This document shows positions 55,974 to 64,000 of a stretch of 64,000 nt of DNA, piece by piece. Made by a program: the position numbers and the translations under genes. Every line of letters begins with the position of its first letter. Position 1 is the first letter of the stretch. The stretch is from a virus (taxonomy: Duplodnaviria; Heunggongvirae; Uroviricota; Caudoviricetes): IMG/VR virus record IMGVR_UViG_3300028534_000001, positions 4,338-68,337 of that record, one strand, 5' to 3'. The notes below the pieces were generated by a model. That model searched no databases. It saw only the letters and a list, made by a program, of their open reading frames with translations, and was not told where the DNA came from.

Positions 55974-58900
55974 TTACATTCCCATAGGCATACTATTCAT
56001 ATTAGTCATATTATTTGAATTGTTCATTAAAGTTGTTTTTTGACCAATATTAGCAACTTCAAAACCATCTTCATAAAGTTCAGAATTTATTTTTAATGTG
56101 CAATTGTCATCAGCTTTATCAGAAGTTCCTCCATTACCTGATACCATAGGTATATAACCATTTTTTACTTCTTCTTCAAAATAAATTCTATAAATACCTT
56201 CAGATATTCTTTTAACACCTTTAATTCCATAACCTTTTACTACTGAACACCATCCATTTTCATCATAATTAGTACCATCAAATACTACTGCAATTTTATT
56301 AAATCTATAATCAGTTTTATCAGCTTTTCTTTCATCTAAATCTTTTTCAGATGCTTTAGCTCTTTCAATTTCTTTATCTAATTTAGAATCAATTTCATTT
56401 TCTCTTTGTGTAGCTCTTTGAGTTTCATCTTCTAATTTATGTTCTATGAATGATTCTTTATCTTTAGCTCTTTGGATTTCTACATCAATTTTATCTTCAA
56501 TTTCATCTTCTTTTTTAACAGCTCTTGATTTTTCATTAGTTATATTATCTTCTAATTCATTATCTTTAGCAATAGCTCTGTTAATTTCACTATCTAATTT
56601 TTCATCTAAAATATTGATTTGATTTTGTAAATCAGTATCTTTATCTACTGATCTTGAAATTTCTTTATCTAATTTAGTTTCAATTCTTTTTTCTTCTGAA
56701 TGAGCTCTATTTATTTCATCATCTATTTTAGAGTCTAATTTATTATCAGCATCCACTGATCTTGAAATTTCTGCATTTAATTTATTATTAGTATCATCAA
56801 TTTCTGCTTGAAGTTTATTATCTTCTTTTACGCTTCTTGAAATTTCATTATCTAATTTTTCATTTGTATCATCAATTTTAGACTCTAATTGATTATCTTT
56901 ATCAATAGCTCTATTTTTTTCATTAGTAATTTCTGAATCTAAAATATCAATTTGATTTTGTAAATCAGTATCTTTATTTATACTTCTATTTTTTTCATTA
57001 TTTAAATCTTTAATTGTTTCAGAAATTAAACTATCCAATTGATTGTCTTTATCAATAGCTCTATTGATTTCTCCATCTAATTTATTATTAGTATCATCAA
57101 TTTTAGACTCTAATTGATTATCTTTATTAGATGCTCTTTCAATTTCTTTATCTAATTTAGTTTCAATTCTTTTTTCTTCTGATTGAGCTCTATTTATTTC
57201 ATCTTTTAAAGATGTTTCAATTTCATTTTCTTTATTAGTTGCTCTTGTAATTTCATTATCAATTTTTGATGAATTATTATCAATTTGTGCTTGAAGTTTA
57301 TTATCTTCTTTTACACTTCTTGAAATTTCTGCATCTAATTTATTATTAGTATTATCAATTTTAGACTCTAATTGATTATCTTTATCAATAGCTCTTTTAA
57401 TTTCACTTTCTAATTTTTCATTTAATATATTTTCATTATTTTTAGCTCTATTGATTTCATCGTCTATTTTAGAATCTAAGGCTCTATCTGCATCAACTGC
57501 TCTAATAGTTTCTTGTTTAATTCTATCATTTAAATCATCAATTTTATATCCTAGTTCTGTATCAGTATCAACAGCTCTTTGGATTTCACTATCTAATTTT
57601 TTATTTGTAATATCAATTTGATTTTGTAAATCAGTATCTTTATCAATAGCTCTATTTTTTTCATTATCTAAATCTTTAATTGTTTCAGATAAAGTTGATT
57701 CTAAATAATTGTCTTTATCTATAGCTCTTTGAATTTCATTTGTTAATTTATCGTTAGTAGCTTTAATATCTTGTTCTAATTCACTATCTTTTAAAGTTGC
57801 TCTATTAACTTCATTATCAATTTTATTTGATAGTTCTTTTTCAATATCTTTAGCTCTTATAATTTCATCTGAAATTTTTGATTCTAAATAGTTATCTTTA
57901 TCAATAGCTCTATTTTTTTCATTATCTAAATCTTGAGAAACTAATGTAATATCATTTCTTAATTTTTCTTCTTCTGATAAAGCTCTATTTTTTTCATTAT
58001 CTAAATCTTTAATTGTTTCAGAAATTAAACTATCCAATTGATTGTCTTTATCAATAGCTCTATTGATTTCACCTTGTAATTTTTCTTTATTTATGTCAAT
58101 TTGGTTTTGTAAATCAGTATCTTTAGAAATACTTCTATTTTTTTCATTATCTAAATCTTTAATAGTTTCAGATATTAAACTTTCTAATTGATTATCTTTA
58201 TTAACACTTCTAGAAATTTCGCTTTCTAATTTTTCTTTATTTCCATTTATTTGATTTTGTAAATCAGTATCTTTATCAATAGCTCTATTTTTTTCATTAT
58301 CTAGATCTTTGATAGTTTCAGATAATAAACTATCTAATTGATTATCTTTATCAATAGATCTTTTAATTTCACTTTCTAATTTTTCATTAGTAACATTTAA
58401 ATTATTTACTAATTCTGTATCTTTAGAAACAGCTCTTTGAATTTCACCTTCTAATTTTTCTTGAGTATCTTTTAATGAAGTTTCAATTTCATTTTCTTTA
58501 TTAGAAGCTCTTTGAATTTCACTTTCTAATTTTTCTTTATTTATATCAATTTGATTTTGTAAATCAGCATCTTTATCTGTAGCTCTATTTATTTCATTAT
58601 TAACTTTATTTTCAATTTCACTAATTGAACTTTCTAATGAATTATCTTTATCAATAGATCTTTTAATTTCACTTTCTAATTTTTCATTAGTAACATTTAA
58701 ATTATTTACTAATTCTGTATCTTTAGCTGTAGCTCTATTTATTTCATTTTCTAATTTATCATTAGTATCTTTTAAAGTTGTTTCTAATTCTGTATCTTTT
58801 TCAATAGATCTTTTAACTTCATTATCAAGATTATTTTCAATAATATCCATTCTACCATTTTGTTTTAAATTAACAGATTTGATAGAATCTAAAGTTTCTT

Positions 58901-60083
58901 CAACTTTTTCTCTATTTGCTTCATATGCAGTTTTAAAATCACCTACATTTCTTTCTAAATCAGCAGTTTTAGTTTCAACTGTAACAAATCTAGTATTAGC
59001 ATCTGTTTTAAAATTAGATAATTCACTTTCAATTTTAGTTTCTCTATCAGTTAAATTAGAAATTTTATTATTTAAATCTGTTTTAACTATTTCTAAATTT
59101 CTATCAACATTTTGAGTATTATTTGATAAAGTATTTAATCTAGTATCTACATCTTTATTAAAAACATCAATACTATCTAATCTATCTTCGTGGTCTTTTA
59201 CATTATTAACAATAGCTTCTGTTCTTGAATCTAATGTAGATATATTTTGTTTAGCATTTTCTAAACAATTATTGATTTCACTTATTGCTCCAGTAAATTC
59301 ATTATCTTTATCTATTGCTCTATTGATTTCAATGTCTAATTTATTTTGAACATCTGAAATTGATTTTTGTAATAAATCTGATTTATTATTAAGAGTTTCA
59401 ATATCTGCTTTTTTAGATAAAATACCATCAATTGCTGATATAGTATAAACATTATCTGCATTAGCTTTAAGATTTAATTTACCATTTATGTCTGTCTCTA
59501 AATTTTTTACAATACCTTCTATTTTATCTTCATCAACTTTTTGAGATAATTTTCCATCAACATCAGCTTTTGTATAAACATTATTAGCATCTGCTTTAAG
59601 GTTTAATTTACCTTCAATGTCACTTTTTAATGTATCTACAGCATTTTTAAAAGATTCAACACCAACTTTAGTTGCTAATCTTCCATCAATATCTGATTTA
59701 GTATATACATTATCTATACAAGCTTTTGTAGCTAATTTACCATCATAATCAGTTATAATTTTTTCTAATTTTTGATCATATAAATCTAATTTACTTGAAA
59801 GTAAAGTAGTATCAACTTTTGCTAATAATAATCTATCTATATCTGTTTTATTATATACATCTGAAGTATTTGCTTTTAAACTTAATTTGTCTGCTAAATC
59901 TGCTTTAGTAACTGCATTTTCACTAAGAGTAGTAAGAATAGCATTTAAATCATTTATTCTTGTAGCATTTACATTTATTGTATTGATATAATCATTTAAA
60001 CTAAGTTTAGTAAGAATATCAGCTACATTTAGAACCTGATTATTTCCAAATATAATACTATCTGCTTTTATTGTTCCATACAT
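55974..60083 (-). CDS. long coiled-coil fibre protein with E(I/K)xR(A/S) repeats
   Basis: 1369 aa; L..KA...VYTK..ID repeats, dozens of EI.RA..KD..L repeats, C-terminal FDG...G.Y.I.F domain. Confidence 0.75.
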   Translation of the reverse strand: MYGTIKADSIIFGNNQVLNVADILTKLSLNDYINTINVNATRINDLNAILTTLSENAVTKADLADKLSLKANTSDVYNKTDIDRLLLAKVDTTLLSSKLDLYDQKLEKIITDYDGKLATKACIDNVYTKSDIDGRLATKVGVESFKNAVDTLKSDIEGKLNLKADANNVYTKADVDGKLSQKVDEDKIEGIVKNLETDINGKLNLKANADNVYTISAIDGILSKKADIETLNNKSDLLQKSISDVQNKLDIEINRAIDKDNEFTGAISEINNCLENAKQNISTLDSRTEAIVNNVKDHEDRLDSIDVFNKDVDTRLNTLSNNTQNVDRNLEIVKTDLNNKISNLTDRETKIESELSNFKTDANTRFVTVETKTADLERNVGDFKTAYEANREKVEETLDSIKSVNLKQNGRMDIIENNLDNEVKRSIEKDTELETTLKDTNDKLENEINRATAKDTELVNNLNVTNEKLESEIKRSIDKDNSLESSISEIENKVNNEINRATDKDADLQNQIDINKEKLESEIQRASNKENEIETSLKDTQEKLEGEIQRAVSKDTELVNNLNVTNEKLESEIKRSIDKDNQLDSLLSETIKDLDNEKNRAIDKDTDLQNQINGNKEKLESEISRSVNKDNQLESLISETIKDLDNEKNRSISKDTDLQNQIDINKEKLQGEINRAIDKDNQLDSLISETIKDLDNEKNRALSEEEKLRNDITLVSQDLDNEKNRAIDKDNYLESKISDEIIRAKDIEKELSNKIDNEVNRATLKDSELEQDIKATNDKLTNEIQRAIDKDNYLESTLSETIKDLDNEKNRAIDKDTDLQNQIDITNKKLDSEIQRAVDTDTELGYKIDDLNDRIKQETIRAVDADRALDSKIDDEINRAKNNENILNEKLESEIKRAIDKDNQLESKIDNTNNKLDAEISRSVKEDNKLQAQIDNNSSKIDNEITRATNKENEIETSLKDEINRAQSEEKRIETKLDKEIERASNKDNQLESKIDDTNNKLDGEINRAIDKDNQLDSLISETIKDLNNEKNRSINKDTDLQNQIDILDSEITNEKNRAIDKDNQLESKIDDTNEKLDNEISRSVKEDNKLQAEIDDTNNKLNAEISRSVDADNKLDSKIDDEINRAHSEEKRIETKLDKEISRSVDKDTDLQNQINILDEKLDSEINRAIAKDNELEDNITNEKSRAVKKEDEIEDKIDVEIQRAKDKESFIEHKLEDETQRATQRENEIDSKLDKEIERAKASEKDLDERKADKTDYRFNKIAVVFDGTNYDENGWCSVVKGYGIKGVKRISEGIYRIYFEEEVKNGYIPMVSGNGGTSDKADDNCTLKINSELYEDGFEVANIGQKTTLMNNSNNMTNMNSMPMGM

Positions 60084-60135
60084 AATTCTTTTTCCTTTTT
60101 CAAAAGTTTAGCTTTTTAATTATTTAAATTTTAAT

Positions 60136-60396
60136 TTATAAAATAGTTAACACACTACCTTTAGGTATTTCTAAAACTTTACCTGCTTCTATTTCTACAG
60201 GTCCTCCCATAATTGCATTATTTCCTTCTTTAATTTTAAAATCATAAGATATTTTTGAAGGGTTCATATTCATATTTAGATTAGCATCTATTTCTTCTTT
60301 TGTATAATATTTATCATCGTGATTATGAGTTTCTAATAATGTAAAAAGTTTTTTTACTTTTTCAATTAAAAAATCTATTAAAATAAAATCTCTCAT
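60136..60396 (-). CDS. small virion structural protein
   Basis: HNHDDKYYTKEEID and NA..GP..I..G..L.IP.GS.L.IL motifs common in phage fibre-associated proteins. Confidence 0.6.
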   Translation of the reverse strand: MRDFILIDFLIEKVKKLFTLLETHNHDDKYYTKEEIDANLNMNMNPSKISYDFKIKEGNNAIMGGPVEIEAGKVLEIPKGSVLTIL

Positions 60397-60405
60397 TTAT
60401 AATCC

Positions 60406-60930
60406 TTAAAAATTACTATTAGATAAAAATGAAATACTATCATTTGATAATCTAATTTCTTCTTGTGCTAATAATCTTTCATTATTGTCATAATAATTTA
60501 TTTTTGATGGGAAAAAATTAAGATATTCTTCACCTTCAGCAAAATTTATATAATCTACAGTTATAAAATAACCATTTTCATAATCTATTCTTGTTATGTC
60601 GTTATTTGCATTTCTTGTAAATTTTATAGCTTTTAAATATTTAAATTGAATTACTTTATTATAAATTTCAGCATATTTTGCTTCTAAAATTTCTAATTTT
60701 TTATTTAAAACACTAATTTTAGCATCTACTTCATCTAAAATTTCTTCTTCTTTTTGTTCTAAAAGAGATTGAACGTCTGTTTTAATTTTATCAATTTTAT
60801 CTTGTAAATCAGATATAAGAGAAGTACTACTATTATTAGAATTTATCTGATTTTTCATATTTATTATTTCTTGGACTGTAATAGTATTACCTGTCATACA
60901 ATCCTTCAAAAAGTCTGTTTTAATACTCAT
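60406..60930 (-). CDS. coiled-coil fibre-associated protein
   Basis: IKTDFL N-terminus, heptads. Confidence 0.55.
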   Translation of the reverse strand: MSIKTDFLKDCMTGNTITVQEIINMKNQINSNNSSTSLISDLQDKIDKIKTDVQSLLEQKEEEILDEVDAKISVLNKKLEILEAKYAEIYNKVIQFKYLKAIKFTRNANNDITRIDYENGYFITVDYINFAEGEEYLNFFPSKINYYDNNERLLAQEEIRLSNDSISFLSNSNF

Positions 60931-60943
60931 AATATACCTTTTT

Positions 60944-61498
60944 TTATTTTAAAATCATAAGTCTTAAAGATGTTGGGTGTTTTTGTAAATCTAATAATTG
61001 TTTTTCTTCAGCAAAAGCACTAGCATCATAAATGTATATTTTATTACCATCAACTCTTAATTCAGCTATTTCATTATCAGTTTCAGCTACAATAAATTTA
61101 TATTCTCCATCATAAATATAAGGATTTTCTTGAATATTTTCTATATTTACTATTCTAGAACTAGTATTTTTTACCATAGTTACAATTTCATTTATTAAAT
61201 TTTTTTTTACAAAAACTGTAATAACACCTTCTATTTCTTCTCCTGTAGAAGTTGTGTAAGTATTTTTTATTTCTCTTTCATTTGTAGCAACATCAGAAAA
61301 AACTTTAAAAGAATTTGAATTTCTACTATCAAATAAATCAATATAAAAAGCTTCTTTTTGATTTCCATCTTTGTCTAAATTATCATCAGAATTTTGTCTT
61401 TCATTTGCCCATTTTTTGCACCATGCAATAGCATCATCTTCAGATATATTTGAATTTCCTCTTATCAATACATCTAATCTTTTTAATGGTAAAGCCAT
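60944..61498 (-). CDS. hypothetical late protein
   Basis: 184-aa ORF; TAAATA at 61525-61530. Confidence 0.55.
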   Translation of the reverse strand: MALPLKRLDVLIRGNSNISEDDAIAWCKKWANERQNSDDNLDKDGNQKEAFYIDLFDSRNSNSFKVFSDVATNEREIKNTYTTSTGEEIEGVITVFVKKNLINEIVTMVKNTSSRIVNIENIQENPYIYDGEYKFIVAETDNEIAELRVDGNKIYIYDASAFAEEKQLLDLQKHPTSLRLMILK

Positions 61499-61575
61499 TT
61501 TATATACCTTTTACTTTTTAAAATTATTTAATTTAAAAAAATAAATTTAAAAAATAAAAGGAAAAGAGCAAACTC

Positions 61576-62493
61576 TTAAAGAGTTGCTGCATCTCCTTTA
61601 CTAGATGTATTAGAAGTAGTTGTAGTAGAAGTACTATTTGTATCACTACTCATAACTTTATTCCATCCATTTTCGAAAGATTCAAAAATAGAATTAACAT
61701 CTACAGTAAGTTGAGATGAAACTGTTTTTTGAATTTCAGCTTGAGCATCTTCTAATGCTTTATTTATAGCATCAGTTTTTGCTTGTTCAATAGCTTTATT
61801 AGCTACATCTTGAATGTTATTTAATAAACTTTCAATTTTTGTACTTGAAAAAGTTGTTGTAGCTGCTGTTACTGAATCATCAATTTGAGTTTTATTAGCA
61901 ATTTGAGTTTTTAAATCATCAGCAATTGCTTGAATTTTAGCTGAAGAAAATAATTTATTTGCATCTGCAGCTGAATCATCAATTTTTGGAATACTATTTT
62001 TAACTGCTTCTATTTCAGTTTGAGCTGTTTTTAATGTATCTTCTAAAGTTGAAGCTTGTTTAGCAACATCACCAATTTTAGCTGTTAAATCATTATTAAC
62101 TCCATCTATTTTTGTAGAAACATCACCTACAGATTTTGTTACATCAGCAATTTTAGAATCTAATCCTTTAATTTGCCCTTGAGCTGCATTTAATGCATCT
62201 TGAAGAGTTTTAACAGCATTTTGATTATCAGTGATAATTTTTATAATATTTTGAACACTAAATTCACCATCTTCATCACCATCTAAAACTTTACTAATAG
62301 TATTGATTTTGTCAACTAATGAAGCAATTTCTTCTCCATCTAATTTAGCAATACCATCAATTTTGTTATTAAGATCAGCTAATTCTGCTTTTACTAATGA
62401 AGCTGTAGCTTCTCCTAATTTTTCACTGATAGCTTTTAATAATTCTTCTTGAGTTGTGTAATTTGTTGTAGTAGCCATTTGTAAGACCTCCAT
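61576..62493 (-). CDS. coiled-coil virion protein with IDD......FSS.KI repeats
   Basis: 305-aa ORF (real start probably MATTT); two IDDS...FSS.KI repeats. Confidence 0.6.
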   Translation of the reverse strand: MEVLQMATTTNYTTQEELLKAISEKLGEATASLVKAELADLNNKIDGIAKLDGEEIASLVDKINTISKVLDGDEDGEFSVQNIIKIITDNQNAVKTLQDALNAAQGQIKGLDSKIADVTKSVGDVSTKIDGVNNDLTAKIGDVAKQASTLEDTLKTAQTEIEAVKNSIPKIDDSAADANKLFSSAKIQAIADDLKTQIANKTQIDDSVTAATTTFSSTKIESLLNNIQDVANKAIEQAKTDAINKALEDAQAEIQKTVSSQLTVDVNSIFESFENGWNKVMSSDTNSTSTTTTSNTSSKGDAATL

Positions 62494-62507
62494 AAATAAT
62501 TTATTTT

Positions 62508-62574
62508 AGTGGATATAAATATCCACTTTTAAAAATACTTTTATATTCTTAAAAGAGGATTTTAAAATCCTCTA
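62508..62574. terminator. two intergenic hairpins (terminator/processing-like)
   Basis: AGTGGATAT-AA-ATATCCACT and AGAGGATTT-T-AAAATCCTCT inverted repeats. Confidence 0.45.
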
Positions 62575-62577
62575 TTT

Positions 62578-63255
62578 TTAATTAGAAGTATTATCATTTT
62601 TTACAGGTTCTCTTGGTGCTTTTTTATCTATTTCAACTTTTTTGTAACTTACTAAAATTGAAAATGGGAATGCATTAGGATAACTACCATCATCTGCTTT
62701 AGTTCCACCATCTGTATATTTTACATTATATTCAGCAAAATGTCTTAAATCTCTTGCAATAGTTTTAGCTGTTTTTTCATCAACTTTTGCTACTTGTAAT
62801 GTTACTGGTGCCATAAAATCACCATTCATAGAAACCATAATTTCATAATCTGTTGGAGATTTAAATCCATAAGCACTTAAATCTATAATAACTTCACCTG
62901 TATCTGAATTAAATAAAAAATTATGAACATCATTTTTTGTTGCAGCATTTACAACATCTATTAGTCTATTTACTAAATCTATAACATCTAAAAATTTATT
63001 TTCAGTATCACCTTCACCTAATAATTCTTTAAGAGCTTCAATTTTTGCTTTTACATCATCTAAATCTCCACCAGAAATTTGATCTATTTGAGATTGTAAA
63101 TCATTTAAAGCATCTTGAGTATCTTTATCTAAACCATTATGTTTAGAAACTATTTCTTCAATTTGATCATTTATTTGTTTAACAGTACCTAAAATACCTT
63201 TTGAATAATCAACAGGTTGCAATACTATTAAATCATTGCTTAAATCATAAGCCAT
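62578..63255 (-). CDS. coiled-coil virion protein
   Basis: 225-aa ORF; TAAATA at 63290-63295. Confidence 0.55.
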   Translation of the reverse strand: MAYDLSNDLIVLQPVDYSKGILGTVKQINDQIEEIVSKHNGLDKDTQDALNDLQSQIDQISGGDLDDVKAKIEALKELLGEGDTENKFLDVIDLVNRLIDVVNAATKNDVHNFLFNSDTGEVIIDLSAYGFKSPTDYEIMVSMNGDFMAPVTLQVAKVDEKTAKTIARDLRHFAEYNVKYTDGGTKADDGSYPNAFPFSILVSYKKVEIDKKAPREPVKNDNTSN

Positions 63256-63317
63256 AAAATATCCTTTTTTAATTTTTATTCTTTATAAGTATTTAAAAAA
63301 TATCAAAAATATAAGAT

Positions 63318-63770
63318 TTAACAATCTTTACAATCTTCATAATCAACTGGACACCCACAATTAGATGTATTTAATTCATCATCAGCATATCTTAAATGTA
63401 CATTATCAAATTGAGCATATATATCACAATTACAATTTGTATCATTATAATCTATAAATAAATCACATAAAGGAATATTACAATCATTTCTTTTTAAAAA
63501 TTCAATTTGTTTATTTTCTATTTCTAAAAATAAATTTTTTAAATTATAAATTTTTTCTTTTAATAATTCAGAATGTTCTAAAATACCATTAACATTAGTA
63601 CCTTCTAATTCTTTCAATTCATCATATAAAATACTTAAATTATTATTTATAGATTTATCATTTGAAAGCATTTTTAAAGGAACAGTATTTAATAATTTTC
63701 CAGAAATAGTAAATTTATTTATTACTATTTCTTCAATTTTAGGATAAGGTAATTTACAAATTAAAGACAT
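63318..63770 (-). CDS. hypothetical protein with Cys-rich C-terminus
   Basis: 150-aa ORF. Confidence 0.55.
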   Translation of the reverse strand: MSLICKLPYPKIEEIVINKFTISGKLLNTVPLKMLSNDKSINNNLSILYDELKELEGTNVNGILEHSELLKEKIYNLKNLFLEIENKQIEFLKRNDCNIPLCDLFIDYNDTNCNCDIYAQFDNVHLRYADDELNTSNCGCPVDYEDCKDC

Positions 63771-63771
63771 A

Positions 63772-64000
63772 TTATACCTTTATAGGAGTTATAACTCCAT
63801 TGTTGATAGTTATTTTATATAATTCTCCAGTAGATTCATCTTGTACAAAAAGAAAATTTGAAGGATTAAATTCATATTTATACCAATATGAAATATCCTC
63901 TAAATATCCATTATTGTCATTTATTAAAGATACATAAAATGTTTTATCTTTTAAAACAACATCACCAATTGAATATAATTTAGTTGGATTATATATTTCA
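63772..64000 (-). CDS. partial ORF (C-terminal end; starts beyond window)
   Basis: Ends ...FVQDESTGELYKITINNGVITPIKV*. Confidence 0.5.
   Translation of the reverse strand, partial: EIYNPTKLYSIGDVVLKDKTFYVSLINDNNGYLEDISYWYKYEFNPSNFLFVQDESTGELYKITINNGVITPIKV

Noticed and set aside
8641-59115. Short plus-strand ORFs at 8641, 11742, 35254, 37811, 43288, 47295, 47890, 55645 and 58879
   Set aside because: All are antisense to well-supported minus-strand genes and have the F/S/I/L-rich composition of shadow frames.
1-64000. Genome-wide stop-codon reassignment
   Set aside because: Conserved genes are full length in the standard code, no suppressor tRNA is present, and I found only one in-frame stop (rnh).

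Overview
A very AT-rich (roughly 20% GC by eye) segment of a large lytic T4-like myovirus genome. Gene content and composition suggest a distant relative of the Campylobacter T4-like phages, so the host is possibly Campylobacterota (inference). Almost everything is on the minus strand. In order: a partial PD-(D/E)XK nuclease; a cluster of 14 tRNAs interleaved with unannotated structured RNAs; the T4 replication, recombination and late-transcription core (gp4, primase, RNase H, gp32, gp45, UvsW, two-piece gp43, gp41, gp62/59/33/44, gp46/47, three-piece topoisomerase II, gp55, gp49); accessory genes (Csx20-like CARF protein, ABC-ATPase+GNAT pair, Ntn hydrolase, GGDEF cyclase); and about 23 kb of LamG/lectin and coiled-coil fibre genes. 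The most striking unexplained signal is a family of seven dispersed small-RNA-like elements. Each has a covarying 8-bp terminal stem, an invariant UUACUUA motif and a variable insert, and in two copies the insert is a circularly permuted tRNA mimic (Y-RNA-like architecture). Also notable are seven scattered proteins sharing an MLK(E/D)I(L/I) leader (candidate capsid-targeted, injected proteins) and an in-frame TAA in the RNase H gene. All protein calls come from motif recognition, not database searches.
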